Source: Somniosus microcephalus (taxonomy: Eukaryota). From it: a DNA stretch of 64,000 bases. The first letter of the stretch is position 1. Each line of letters starts with the position of its first letter. The stretch spans positions 58,652,001-58,716,000 of the forward strand of contig CM126219.1 in assembly GCA_052327205.1 (NCBI GenBank), in the 5' to 3' direction. The notes under the pieces are model-generated. The model searched no databases, was not told where the DNA came from, and worked only from the letters and a program-made list of their open reading frames with translations. A program made the translations under genes and the position numbers. Below are positions 37,335 to 50,027 of this stretch, one piece after another.

Positions 37335-39058
37335 GGAACTAGATGTAATGGCCCAGAAATTCGGCTCTCCCCGGGTGAGTGCGCACTGGGTACTCACCCA
37401 TAGGCCGAATGGAATTGCCGGTTTCCTGCATGCACTGCGCATGCGCGGGAAACCGGCACTTCCGATCCTCTGAACGAAGGGGTTCAGAGGTGGAACGCGC
37501 GCGCAGGGGAGGTTGCGCGTGCACTTTTAACTTAGGTTTTATTTACAGGTTTTCCCGGGAGGGTAAGCCTGCAGGATTTACACATTTAAAAAGCAGGCGT
37601 AAGGCCTGCTTTTTGCAAGGTAAGTGGTCAATTAAGTAAAATTAAAACATTTTTTCCACAGGTTTATTATTTTTAAATACTTTAAAGCAAGGTAAGTTTA
37701 TTTTTAGCCCCGTTATAATATAAAATTATTTTTTTCAAAAATTTAAATTATTGTTTAAAATAGTTATTTAATGTAATTTATAGTTTATTTAAAAAGAGTG
37801 ATTTAAAAAAAAAATTATTTTAAGGTTTACTGCTATTTTGGGCCTGTAGTATTTATAAGTTTTGACAGGTCTACCTGTCAATCTTATGAATGGGCTTTTC
37901 CCTCCTCCGATTGGCTGCCCATGGCTCACGTGATCCCAGGGGACGCATCGCACTAACTACGCCCCTGGGACACGCAAGCACAGCGTGCCGGCAGCTGGGC
38001 CAGGCCCCGGAGCGGAATTCCACGGGGCCCTACAGCTCAACTGCCGGCGCGCTCGGTAAGTACAGGTCGGGGGCTTACACCCGCGGGAAGCCCCCGACCC
38101 GAATTTCTGGGCCAATATCTCCAAGTTTGCAGACGACACAAAGCTGGGTGGGCGTGTGTGCTGTGAGGAGGATGCCGAGAAACTCCAGTATGATTTGGAC
38201 AGGTTGGGTGATTGGGCAGATGCATGGCAGATGCAGTCTAATGTGGATAAATGTGAGGTTATCCACTTTGGTGGCAAAAACAGGAAGGCAGATTATTATC
38301 TGAACAGCAATAGATTGGGAGAAGGGGAAGTGCAACGAGACCTGGGTGTCCTTGTGCACCAGTCACTGAAGGTAAGCATGCAGGTGCAGCAGGCGGTTAA
38401 GAAGGCAAATGGTATGTTGGCCTTTGTAGCGAGAGGATTCGAGTACAGGAACAAGGATGTCTTGCTGCAGTTGTACAGGGCCTTGGTGAGACCACACCTT
38501 GAGTATCGTATGCAGTTTTGGTCGCCTTATCTGAGGAAGGATGTTCTTGCCATGGAGGGAGTGCAGCGAAGATTCACCAGACTGATACCTGGGATGGCAG
38601 GAATGACGTATGAGGAGAGATTGAGTCGATTGGGCTTATACTCGCTGGTGTTTAGAAGAATGAGAGGGGATCTCATTGAAACTTATAAAATTCTAACAGG
38701 ACTAGACAGACTAGATGCAGGAAGGATGTTACCGATGGCAGGGGAGTCCAGAACCAGGGGTCACAGTCTAAAGATAAGGGGTAAGCCATTTAGGACAGAG
38801 ATGAGGAGGAATTTCTTCACCCAGCGAGTGGTAAACCTGTGGAATTCTCTACCACAGAAGGCAGTTGAGGCCAATTCATTAAATATATTCAAGAAGGAGT
38901 TAGATATATTTCTTAAGGCTAAAGGGATCAAGGGATATGGGGAGAAGGCAGGGACAGGGTACTGAGTTTAGATGATCAGCCATGATCTCATTGAATGGCG
39001 GAGCAGGCTCGAGGGGCCGAATGGCCTACTCCTGCTCCTATCTTCTATGTTTCTATGT
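37335..39058 (+). mobile_element. CR1 LINE (RT onward) interrupted by a MITE
   Basis: Removing the MITE restores GTRCNISKFADDTKLG. ORF 38156-38965 is the CR1 ORF2 C-terminus, followed by the tail. Confidence 0.93.
37350..38113 (+). mobile_element. Harbinger-type MITE (764 bp), AT-rich centre
   Basis: TIRs GGCCCAGAAATTCGG / CCGAATTTCTGGGCC. TSD AAT at 37347-37349 and 38114-38116. Confidence 0.92.
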
Positions 39059-39063
39059 TTACT

Positions 39064-39522
39064 GGGTGTCGGCTGTGACTCAGTGGTAGCATTCTTGCCT
39101 CTGAGTCAGAAGATTGTGTGGTTCAAAGTCCCACTCCATAAACTTGAGCACATAATCCAGACTGACACTCCAGTGCATTGCTGAGGGAGAGCCGCACTGT
39201 TGGAGGTGCCGTTCTTCAGATGAAACAATAATCCAAGGCCCCGCCTGCTCTCTCAGGTGGATGTAAAAGATCCCGTGGCACTATTTTAAAGATGAGCAGG
39301 GGAGTTCACCACGGTGTCCTGGCCAATATTTATCCCTCAACCAACATGACTAAAAACAGATGATTTCATTGCTGTTTGTGGGAGCTTATTGTGCACAAAT
39401 TGGCTGCTGCATTTCCTATATTACAAGTGACTACACTTCAAAAGTACTTCATTGGCTGTAAAGCACTTTAGGACATCCTGAGGTTGTAAAAGGCGCTATA
39501 TCAATGCAAGTCTTTCTTTTTT
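39064..39522 (+). mobile_element. Deu-domain tRNA SINE (SacSINE1-like)
   Basis: A box TGACTCAGTGG, B box GGTTCAAAGTCC, core CTGAGGGAGAGCCGCACTGTTGGAGGTGCC...GTAAAAGATCCC and L2-type tail. Confidence 0.85.
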
Positions 39523-39981
39523 ACTGGGGCACCAAATATTGCAGACAGTTGTTCACAGAGGCCCCACCTACTCAAGGTGTTCTTGAATTTAGCCATATGA
39601 AATCTCAAATCATTTATCAAAAATATACAAAATAATTTTCTACGCTCTGAAAAATAAAAATAAGTCTGAAAATGCGGAGGCTGGCAGGTCATTGTGCATT
39701 CACACTCCACAAGTCTAACTAATGTCAACCTGAAGCAGAAAGCACTTTGCACTGACTCTAAACTTGGAGATTAAAAAAATTAATTCATGGGACGTGGGCG
39801 TCGCTGGCAAGGCCAGCATTTATTGCCCATCCCTAATTGCCCTTGAGAAGGTGGCGGTGAGCCGCCTTCTTGAACCGCTGCAGTCCGTGAGGTGAAGGTG
39901 CTCCCACACTCTGTCACTCTGCTTCATTGATCTGCTGGACCTTGACATTGGCGTTCAGACTGCTGTTACACTGTAACTGCA

Positions 39982-40675
39982 GTGCTGAAGGTAAGCATGC
40001 AGGTGCAGCAGGCGGGTAAGAAGGCAAATGATATGTTGGCCTTCGTAGCGAGAGGGTTTGAGTACAGGAACAAGGATGTCTTGCTGCAATTGTACAGGGC
40101 CTTGGTGAGACCACACCTTGAGTATTGTGTGAAGTTTTGGTCGCCTTATCTGAGGAAGGATGTTCTTGCCATGGAGGGAGTGCAGCGAAGATTCACCAGA
40201 CTGATACCTGGGATGGCAGGAATGACGTATGAGGAGAGATTGGGTCGATTGGGCTTATACTCGCTGGAGTCTAGAAGAATGAGAGGGGATCTCATTGAAA
40301 CTTATAAAATTCTAACAGGTCTAGACAGACTAGATGCAGGAAGGATGTTCCCAATGGCGGGCGAGTCCAGAACCAGGGGTCACAGTCTAAGGATAAGGGG
40401 TAAGCCATTTAGGACAGAGATGAGGAGGAATTTCTTCACCCAGCAAGTGGTGAACCTGTGGAATTCTCTACCACAGAAGGCAGTTGAGGCCAGTTCATTA
40501 AATATATTCAAGAAGGAGTTAGATATATTTCTTAAAGCTAAAGGGATCAAGGGATATGGGGAGAAGGCAGGGACAGGGTACTGAATTTGGATGATCAGCC
40601 ATGATCTCATTGAATGGCGGAGCAGGCTTGAGGGGCCGAATGGCCTACTCCTGCTCCTATCTTCTATGTTCTATG
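39982..40675 (+). mobile_element. CR1 LINE, 5'-truncated
   Basis: ORF 39982-40584 is nearly identical to the C-terminal part of 38156-38965. Confidence 0.93.
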
Positions 40676-40744
40676 TGCTGCGGTGACACAGATGTAGTGA
40701 AATTGCAGCCTAAGATATTAGAACAGAACTGACCTAAGTAGTAA

Positions 40745-41610
40745 ATTTGAGAGATTCTGAACACATTGAGGGTGCAGCGCAGATTCATCAGAATGATGAG
40801 GATTAAATTATGAGGACAGGTTGCATAAAGCAGGCTTGTATTCCCTTGAGTATACAAGATTGAGGGCTGATGTGATCATGGTGTTTAAAATGTTAAAAGA
40901 ATTCAATAGGGTAGATACGGAGAAACTGTTCCCTCTGATGGGGAATCAAGAACGTGGGGGACACAACATTAGAGCCAGGACATTTAGGAAGGAAATCGGG
41001 AAGTACTTTTTCACACAAAGGGTGGTAGAAATCTGGAACTCTCTCCCCAAAAGGCTGTGGATGCTGAGACAAGCTTTCATAGAAACATAGAAGATAGGAG
41101 CAGGAGTAGGCCATTCGGCCCCTCGAGCCTGCTCCGCCATTCAATGAGATCATGGCCGATCATCCAAACTCAGTACCCTGTCTCTGCTTTCTCCCCATAT
41201 CCCTTGATCCCTTTAGCCTTAAGAAATATATCTAACTCCTTGAATATATTTAATGAATTGGCCTCAACCGCCTTCTGTGGTAGAGAATTACACAGGTTCA
41301 CCACTCTCTGGGTGAAGAAATTCCTCCTAATCTCTGTCCTAAATGGCTTACCCCTTATCCTTAGACTGTGTCCCCTGGTTCTGGACTCCCCGGCCATCGG
41401 GAACATCCTTCCTGCATCTAGTCTGTCTAGTCCTGTTAGAATTTTATAAGTTTCTAGAAGTATCTAGAATTTTTCAAGACTGAGATGGATAGATTTTGGT
41501 TAGGCAAGGGATTATGGAGTTAGGGTGAATGGAGTTGAGGTACAGATCAGCCATGATCTGATTGAATGGAGGAGCGGGCTGGGGCTGAAGGGCCTCCTCC
41601 TGTTCCTGTA
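40745..41610 (+). mobile_element. Old CR1 3' end with a younger minus-strand CR1 nested at 41078-41455
   Basis: LYSLEYTRLRADVIMVFK on +, MFPMAGESRTRGH on -. The old 3' UTR resumes at ~41470. Confidence 0.85.
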
Positions 41611-42180
41611 AAACACCAGCACTCGGCACGGAGGCGCTCCTCCCACACGAACCGTACGGGGGCAGCAGAGAGCAGCGTGAGGGGCCATGCACCTGTTGGA
41701 GCAGGTGCAGCAAAAACTTGGCGCAGTTTGACAGAAAGCAAAATGAAAACATCGCCACTGAGTCAGAGTCTCCACACACACACAGGGAGCCAAGAGGCTG
41801 CGTGAGTGGGAGCAGGGCGAGTCACAGGCTGTTCTGCAGTTGTTACATCACACCAGTGAAGCAGATGATGCCCTGAAGAACAGTTGTGAAAATCTGCAAA
41901 GAGACACTATTGGCCATGTTGCAAACATTGAGTCCGAAACAAATCGAAGCAATTGGAAAACACACCCAACTCGCGCGTTTAATCACAAGCCTGTAACTTT
42001 CCCTGAGATAAAGCCATAATATTTCACACATATCTTAAACATTACAACACTTGTTGATTTGAGCTTTCTGGCAATGATTAATGGGAGGGATCTGGTTTCC
42101 CGTCACTAGCCCGGCGGCTTGGCCGATTTCCAGGTGCATAATATGCTTTATTCTCTCTCTATCTCCCTCCTCTCCCTTTT

Positions 42181-42290
42181 ATGCAAATCCATCCTCAGTG
42201 ACCATGGCCCCGGCTCAGGTAGGAATTCCCCCGAAGGTGGAGTTTCTGGCTGGAGAGCTCACCGCGTGATCGAGGTGAGTTATATAAATT
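42181..42290 (+). promoter_or_regulatory. elf3 proximal promoter (octamer, NF-kB site, TATA box)
   Basis: ATGCAAAT at 42181-42188, GGAATTCCCC at 42222-42231, TATATAAA at 42281-42288, about 400 bp upstream of the ATG exon. Confidence 0.7.
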
Positions 42291-42309
42291 GACGAGCCCC
42301 AGATAGAGA

Positions 42310-42441
42310 GAAAGCAGCCGCGGTAAATGCCAGGTGTGTGGATGTGAGAGTCTCCAGTTAGGGTGCAAACATCTTTTGTGAGGAGCAATCTAAAGTACGG
42401 ATTACAATTCGAGTTTTGCTGAACCAGACTCCCCCTCAAAG
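42310..42441 (+). other. elf3: Putative non-coding exon 1 of elf3 (start inferred ~30 nt after TATA)
   Basis: Donor AAG|GTAGGA at 42441/42442. Next acceptor CGCAG| at 42665, 8 nt before the ATG. Confidence 0.55.
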
Positions 42442-42673
42442 GTAGGATTTTTTTTAACCGACCATTGTACAATCGGATATCGAAGTACAAGTAAAAAGCT
42501 ACAATGCAATTATTATATTTGATTCGATCAATATTCACCCATTTTAAATTGCAAAGTTTGTTTATTTTTATGGTGCACTCGCTTTATTGCAATGCTGTTT
42601 GAGATCTCGACATCGGTGCTTGCTTGTGTGGATTTGACTAAATATTAACTGTTCCCTGTCCGCAGGAGTTATC

Positions 42674-42809
42674 ATGGCTTCAACCTATGGCCTTGGCAAT
42701 ATTCTGACTGATGTGATGCGCTCCATGTATCAGACTGAAGATAATCAGTCCCTCTCCACGGGCGGCAGGGAGCAGCTCCCCGGCCCAATGCTTCCAACAG
42801 ACATACTCG
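42674..42809 (+). CDS. elf3: elf3 coding exon 1 ([15 protein letters not shown]...)
   Basis: ATCATGG Kozak context, donor G|GTAAGA, phase 1. Confidence 0.8.
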
Positions 42810-45800
42810 GTAAGAGAGAGAGAGAGAACACACATAGAATGGGAGAGATGTGCAAGGGGAGGAATGAGAGTGGAAACAAATATAGGCTGAAGGGTAACAC
42901 ATCTTGGAGAGAAGTAGATCTGTTTATTTTGAAATTGTAGATCTGTTTATTTTTAAATAGTATGTTGTTGTTGGCCGTACAATGAGGTAAATCTGACGGT
43001 TTGCTGCCTTGAGATTGCTCCCCCGAGCTAGGATTATGAAGGTTCCTCACAGGGGTGTAGTTTAACTAGATAACCCCAACCTGCTGCTACACACCTACCA
43101 GCGGACTCCATGGCAGAAATATCCAGTCACCAATTTCAAAGAGTTTGTCCTCCTTGTAACGATGGGTAATTTTAGCTACATTCTAAAGGATCAGTTGGGG
43201 TTTCTTAACAGTTTAACTTTTTGCTGGTCTCTGTCTTTGACCTTGCTCTCAGTTAACATCATCTGGCGAGTGCTTCATATAAAATGATCGTTGAGCAGCT
43301 GTTGGCAACCGGTAAATAAAATATTCAAAGTGCATGTCTGCTGAGACTTGGCTGCTGTTGTAAATGGAAAGATGACTTGTGCTAATTCATATAATCATAG
43401 CTTGACTCTGTGATGCACCTGTCGATACTGTGAGTGAATCACCCGACCACCTTTTTTAATGGATTTTTTTTTTGCTGTTGTTGTTGTCTAGATTCCACCT
43501 CTTGGTTTCAACTTGACCCTCAGTTGTGGAGCAAGCAGCACGTTCTAGAATGGATCAGCTATCACGTCGAGAAGCACAAGTATGATGCCAGCAATATCGA
43601 CCTGTCCTTCTGCGACATGGACGGCGCCACACTCCGGGCACTGAGTAAGAACCAACTGGTCGCTATCTTTGGTCCGCTGGGGGAAGAGCTCTACAAAAGC
43701 CATCAGGATTTAAGCAAAAGCAGTAAGTAAAGCAGTCATTGTATGCCAACCATCAGCTAGGCAAAGTGCTTCTATATCCTCTGTGGCTGCATAGTCTCTG
43801 TCTTAATGGCCAATGCTCAGTGAAAACTCTGAAATGTCCATTCATCGTTGTATAATTTGGAAGGAAACCTATAGAGAGTGCCAATTGTGAGCATAAGGGG
43901 CTACTGCTAGAATTCATACTTGCATGCAATGGCTAGTGCCAGCATCCGCTAGCAATAACTTGAGGCAGATGGCGACTCTGCAGTTTATTTACAGTGACCG
44001 TAGCAGCTAAGAGCACCAACTATGGTATTCTTAAAGAAACGGGGGGTGGGTGGGCGTGGAGACTTGCCTTAGTGAGCCTTTTTGACTAGAATTACAGTTA
44101 CTTAGCAATTCAGATGAATGTTGTGGTCATCTAAAAGGTCACTGTGCTGTTTGGTAAATATACTGGAGAATTTTCTAATACCTACAGTAAGGTACTTTGG
44201 GTGCCTATTCTTTATATAAAGATTAGATATTTAATGTTCCTGTGCAATATTATTGGAATTTGATGTCAAACTGTAAAGAGCTATGAGCCTTGCAATTTAT
44301 TTTAATCTTAAACATTGTGCAAGAAAAATGAATTAATTTTGCTTTCCATTGGTGCCAGGTTTTGATCTGATGATGCCCGATGACTTCAGTGACCTCTTCT
44401 TGCAAAGTATTCTGCCAGAATGCGAGTACAAGTTACTGGACACTGTAATTAGTAAGTTTATTTTTTAATAAAAAAGCCTTCAACTGAGTTGAGCAGAATG
44501 AGGGCTATATATTATTTCAGTATTTCAAGGGCATTTCCTTTTTATTACATTAGCAAAATTAGTGAGTATAAGCCTGGGAGCCCACTTGACACATTGACTT
44601 TTTTTTAGGCTAACATTAGTGAATAGAGGGGAATATGACCCATCATGGATAGATGATGCTATGCTTGAGTTTTAAAAGGGAAGATTGAACCTGTAGCAAT
44701 TTTGGAGCTAGTTTATAAACTTCCATTTTCCTGTGAAATGCACCAGGGAGTTGCAGGGACAAGACCTGTGAGTTCGAAATAAATTGATCAAGTCAAATTT
44801 AGTACACTGCATCAGGAGGCAAGAGGAAAAGTAGGGAGAGTTGTTGGGCAAGAGGAAAAGTAGGGAGAGTTGTTGGGCAAGTTGGTTTACCTTCAGTTTC
44901 TTGGAGATGCAAGTAATCATCACCATGCCAACTGCCGCCTTTTAGAACGATTGGAGTTTGATCTCCTTTGTCTGCCAACTGCTGTGTCCTTTTGCCTGTC
45001 CTTGGCCAAATAAACATGTGGGGGAATTTTGCTCCACTTTTTTTATCTTGAGGTAATATTTGTGTTTAATGAGGTGGCTTTTTATCTGTTGTGGTTTGTG
45101 TAAACATTGAAGTGTTCTATCCTCACTAACACTTTTTATTTTGCTTCTAGCCTGGAGTGAATTCGACAATGAAGAATCACCAGATCATTGGAAAACCTTG
45201 CCTGATTTCCAGCCCAGTGACCCTGGATATGAATCTGCGCCCACATCTCCATACAGCATTGATGACTCCAATCCAGGTAAATTGGCCCTTGTTAATAAAT
45301 ACCCTGTGCGAGATTCCCAACACACAGTACACAGCAGACCTAGCCTCCTACAAATGGCAAGCTTAGCTGGTACATATGGTTGATGGGTAGGCAATGGACT
45401 GGGATCACTAGGTATTAAAATAAAAGCTGTACATTGTTTGAGAGTATTTGGTAGCACAGCAATCCGAGCAGTCAGTGAAATAATCCAGCTAATTTACTGA
45501 AGGTCTTCATTTTGTACGACAAGCTGCTAAAGGCCATTGCTTCATGTACTGAACTTTAAACGTATCCATTATGTAAATAGAAACTGTAGATCTGCATGAA
45601 ACAATGTAGGAACTAACTCTGTATTCCATGCTTATTAACTTTTTTTTTTTTTTCCTGAGCCTTAAGTTCAGGAGTTACCAGACATTCATCTCTGATTTGT
45701 GGGACAGTCTGGGCTGTGTTGCTTAATGCTGGCTCATGGTTGGCCAACAGGTGGCATCTTCAGTGAGCCAACAAATAGGAGGTCATCTTTTTCTCCTCTC

Positions 45801-48800
45801 ATTGAGATGGAACACTTCCATGCACCACATGGTGATCCATCTACTGGCTTCCAGCTTGTCTACCAGGCAAGTGAAGAGCTGTTCCATTACGGCTCTCAGT
45901 TGGCCCTTTGCTGTTTGGAGGGTGGGGGGGGGGGGGGAAAAGGGCTGAATGCTCGGTCACTTCCGCTGTGCTTTTGGTAGCTGTTTTGTCTAGACTTATG
46001 TTGGTTTGTGTTGTGGTAAATCTCTTGGGACATTCAAACCAGTTAATTGAAGATTGTATGTGTTTTTAAAGTTTATTTTACTTCAGTTTTAACACTATAT
46101 TTACTGCTTAATTTATACCGTCCAGCTAAATGAACTCGAGTAATGTGCTTGATGTAATGTGTTCCATTCTTGGTGTATTTCAGGTTCCCAGGCTCCAAAC
46201 TCTCCAGACTCCGGTGGAAGCGAATCAGATTTTGATCACTCGATAACAAATAGTCAATATGCAGGCCAAAATGGTAAACATTTCTTCAATTTGTTTTAAG
46301 GGGACAGGTGACATGCAGCAACTTTCACATTTATGTTCACTTTTTCATTTTGTTTGGGGGGGGGGATTAATTTCTAATCAATTGACATTGAATATTGGTA
46401 CTGTGTTCCTTTCTCCAGTGTATCATGTACTCCCTGGTCAGGGTTAGCTGTCCTGAGAATGCCCTGTTATACCTCCCCCACCCCCCGCCCCCTCAGAATC
46501 TTGCATGGGCATTCCCTCCGGTAAAATTTCCATTTATCACGGCAACTGTGTTGTGGCTACTGTGAGGAAGACTTGTGATCTAGTGTCAATGAAGGCTGAA
46601 TTATGGCCAGTTCTACACTGTGGCCTGGTGCCCAGTAGCAGTGGAACCATTTGTTCTCCATTTTACTGAGAGCTCTGCAAATATTGAGCAGAGTGTAGAA
46701 TTCCATTGCCTTGAGTTGGCCTTGGATCCCAGACCTGGAGGTGAAAGGACTTTGTGCTAACTCACGGCCCCAATAAATCTTTATTTATGTACATTTCTAT
46801 TAAAATTGACATTCATCTCTTAAATAATCTTGCTAAACATTCAGGGTTTTTATTTGTCAAGTTTTTTTTTGTGTAGTTGGCCAAATGTGCTTGATAAGAC
46901 TTTATTTTTAACTGCTCTGTTTCAAGATCAAGAACTATAAATTTTTTGGTAGTTAGACTGTAATTGAGCTTGTGAATACTGCATCTGAAACCATTTTCTC
47001 AATTCCAATATATTTCAGTCTGACCAGTAGATAATCCAATATCTTGGGGCTAATATTTTCACTTTTTTTTAATGCAGAAGGATTTCCCAAAATTTCAAGC
47101 GGCGATTCCAAACCCCTCAAACGAGGAAGAGGAAGGCCAAGAAAATTTGGCAAAGAAGAAAAGAACTGTGTAGAAACCAAGAAAAGCAAACAACGTAAGT
47201 GAGTCAGTACTGTCGCTATGGTACGAGAAACTTGTGTCGTCAAATCAAAGCAGCTCCATTCACAGGGAGCCAATTCTGGATGGGACTTCTCGTTAAAGTC
47301 ATTCTCCGATGCAAGAAATATATTTTCTTAGCTAAAGCTCTTTAACGGATCTATTCAACTTGTAAACTGTCATCTACCTATTTCAAATCTGTTCCCTTAA
47401 TTTCCCTCCCTCCCCTCCCCACTGTCCTTACCTGGAACACATTGTTCCTACCATTGTCTCCCTTCAGTATCGTCCAAAAACCAGATCAACTGGTTATTCA
47501 TGTTTGTGGGACATGGTCGATGCAGAATGGTTTCTGTGTTTACCTACATAACTACTGTCAATGCCCTTCAAAAGTAATTCATTGTGTGAAGCGTTTTGAG
47601 GTGCTAATTTTATGATTTGGTTAAGCTGACAGGACTTGAGCCTTATTGGGTTGGTAGTTTTCCAAGCTTGGAGCTGCTATTAATATCCTCAATAACATCA
47701 AAACACTTGGGTGGACCAAGGAGAATTTGTTGATGGATAGCTTGCTAACAACTTATTAGGTTCCCTTTATGTCCCTTGGTGGCAAGTATTCAAACTGTTA
47801 GATATTCAACCACCATTACTAATACCCAGCTATTCAACCACCATTACTAATACCCAGCTATTCAACCACCATTACTAATACCCAGATATTCAACCACCAT
47901 TACTAATACCCAGATATTCAACCACCATTACTAATACCCAGGGTGTCATGTGGGCTTCTCTCAGCAGCTGTTCTGATTTCTGTTGTGCCTGTATATTTCA
48001 CCCTTGTGTTTTTTTTTGCTTCTAAATTTGCCCCTCTCGTGTTTTGCAGCCCCTCGTGGCACACACCTCTGGGAGTTTATTCGGGATATCCTCCTTCATC
48101 CAGAGATCAACAATGGTCTTCTGAAATGGGAAGACCGGTCAGAGGGAATCTTTAAGTTTCTGAAATCCGAGGCTGTCGCGCAGCTCTGGGGAGAGAAGAA
48201 AAAGAACAGCAGCATGACCTACGAGAAGCTCAGCAGAGCCATGAGGTGAGCAGATCTTGTAGGAGAGGTTTATTTTTATACTCATTCCTGGGATACGGGC
48301 GTTGCTGGCATTTATTGCCAATCTCTGGTTGCACTCAACGGTGGTGGTGAGCCGCTGCCTTGGACCACTGCTGTTCATTGGGGGGGCCCAGAACCAGGGG
48401 TCACAGTCTAAGGATAAGGAGTAAGCCATTTAAGACTGAGATGAGGAGGAATTTCTTCACCCAGCGAGTGGTGAACCTGTGGAATTCTCTGCCACAGAAG
48501 GCAGTTGAGGCCAATTCATTAAATATATTCAAGAAGGAGTTCGATATATTTCTTGAAGCTAAAGGCATATGGGGAGAAGGCAGGGACAGGGTACTGAGTT
48601 TGGATGATTAACCATGATCTCATTAAATGACGGAGCGGGCTCGAGGGGCTGAATGGCCTACTCCTGCTCCTATCTTCTATGTTTCTATGGGGTGAAGGTA
48701 CTCCTGCAGTGCTGTTGGGGAGGGTGTTCCAGGATTTTGACCCAGCGACCATGAGGGAACGGTGATATATTTCCAAGTCAGGATGGTGTGTGACTTGGAG

Positions 48801-49224
48801 GGACTGCGGCACCCCTCCTACTACTTATACTTGTGGAGGCCCAGGAGTGGATCATCTGCCTGCCATCTTGGTTGATCAGCCCATGGTTTGGGGGGAGGAG
48901 AATTTTGAAATGGAGCCCAATCTACATGGATCCATTGCCAAGAAAGTGTTAGTTTTGAATGATAATTAAGTCGTATAGAACATATAATTATGATGCCTTC
49001 AGTTAGACAAATGAATTAAGAACTAGTTAAACATTCTGTTGCTAAGCAACATCGTTGATAGGAGTAGCGAGCTGAGAGAAATGCAGCGATATAATCCACT
49101 CTAACCGCTCCCATTCTTTTGCAGATATTATTATAAGCGTGAAATCCTGGAGCGAGTGGATGGGAGGAGGCTGGTCTACAAATTTGGGAAGAACTCCAGT
49201 GGTTGGAGAGTTGGAGATGCATGA
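42674..49224 (+). CDS. elf3: ETS-related transcription factor Elf-3 (ESE-1/ESX), spliced CDS, 362 aa
   Basis: Exons 42674-42809, 43492-43722, 44359-44451, 45151-45276, 46184-46273, 47078-47194, 48050-48245 and 49125-49224. All GT-AG and phase-compatible, total 1089 nt. PNT + SAR (DSGGSESD) + AT-hook (KRGRGRPRK) + ESE-type ETS is the ELF3 architecture; EHF and ELF5 lack SAR and AT-hook. Confidence 0.93.
43492..43722 (+). CDS. elf3: elf3 Pointed/SAM domain exon
   Basis: [21 protein letters not shown]...CDMDGATL...[12 protein letters not shown]| acceptor and |GTAAGT donor. Confidence 0.95.
44359..44451 (+). CDS. elf3: elf3 putative transactivation-domain exon
   Basis: 93 nt, open ([18 protein letters not shown]...), CAG| and |GTAAGT, phase 1-1. 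Confidence 0.7.
45151..45276 (+). CDS. elf3: elf3 linker exon
   Basis: 126 nt, open ([10 protein letters not shown]...[11 protein letters not shown]), TAG| and |GTAAAT. Confidence 0.78.
46184..46273 (+). CDS. elf3: elf3 SAR domain exon
   Basis: [20 protein letters not shown]| and |GTAAAC. Confidence 0.88.
47078..47194 (+). CDS. elf3: elf3 AT-hook exon
   Basis: KRGRGRPRK...KKSK, CAG| and |GTAAGT. Confidence 0.92.
47801..47941. repeat. 28-bp minisatellite x5 in an elf3 intron
   Basis: TATTCAACCACCATTACTAATACCCAG(C/A) starting at 47803, 47831, 47859, 47887 and 47915. Confidence 0.95.
48050..48245 (+). CDS. elf3: elf3 ETS domain exon 1
   Basis: [18 protein letters not shown]...[20 protein letters not shown]. 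Confidence 0.97.
48275..48815. mobile_element. Intronic minus-strand LINE tail with a nested + CR1 3' end (48378-48688)
   Basis: Matches the reverse complement of 32530-32750 and the CR1 C-terminus. Confidence 0.8.
49125..49224 (+). CDS. elf3: elf3 terminal ETS exon
   Basis: [32 protein letters not shown]. Confidence 0.97.
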
Positions 49225-50027
49225 TCAGAAAAAGCTTTTTCCAATTAAAAATTCACTAACTCTACAGATATGTTTGCTGACAAACAAATTCCCATCAGTT
49301 GGAGTGAGAGATCCTGGACTGATGAGTTGCTCCATTTGGGGGATGTGCTCCATGGGCATTAAGTGGTGAATTTTGAGCGAAGATGGATGTTAGTGTTTTA
49401 TTTTTTTATTTTTAATTCTCTACATTATCAGACTCTAGCCTTTCTTGGGCCAAAAGTGTGTGTCATAAAGGTGGCACTGAAAATAGTAAGCCTATATTTG
49501 GGCTAAAGTAGGTTATTAAACCGATTTTTAAACTGCTATGGACAAGCTACAAGCTGTTTGATTGCAACCTGCTGAGTGTGCAACAGATATTTCAGATATG
49601 GTGGGCGAATGCGAACAGCTCCAAGAAACAATCTCTTTATTCTATCCTGGCATTGTTGGTGTTGCTCAGCGATATGTGGTGTGTACATATGGACAATGTC
49701 GCTGTATTGCAGGACTTGTTTTTGTTGCTTGCGCATGGAAGTGTTTTGTACAAAGTCTGCTTAACGGAGATTGACAACCTATGTATATGTATATAAATAT
49801 ATATTGACAGCTCTTCATGGCAAATTGAAACATTGGGAAATTATTCAGCTGGACTGGTATAATTTCTACTGGAATGTGACTGTACATATGATTTGAAAAG
49901 AAACTAGGGTAAATATTCTTTAAAATAGGTTGAATAGATTTTTGTAAGAAATTTTAAGTCTCTGAACACATAATTATGGATCTGTATGTACTTTTTTATT
50001 TTCCTATGGAATACATGATATTTTGCA

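Noticed and set aside
39064-39140. tRNA gene
   Set aside because: The A/B boxes are the head of a SINE present in four or more copies, and no full cloverleaf is evident.
38365-40675. Local tandem duplication of CR1
   Set aside because: Flanks and 5' truncation points differ, so these are independent insertions of one subfamily.
44818-44881. 29-bp direct duplication in an elf3 intron
   Set aside because: Ordinary slippage duplication with no functional signal.
42674-49224. Alternative identity as ehf or elf5
   Set aside because: The SAR and AT-hook exons are specific to ELF3 within the ESE subfamily.
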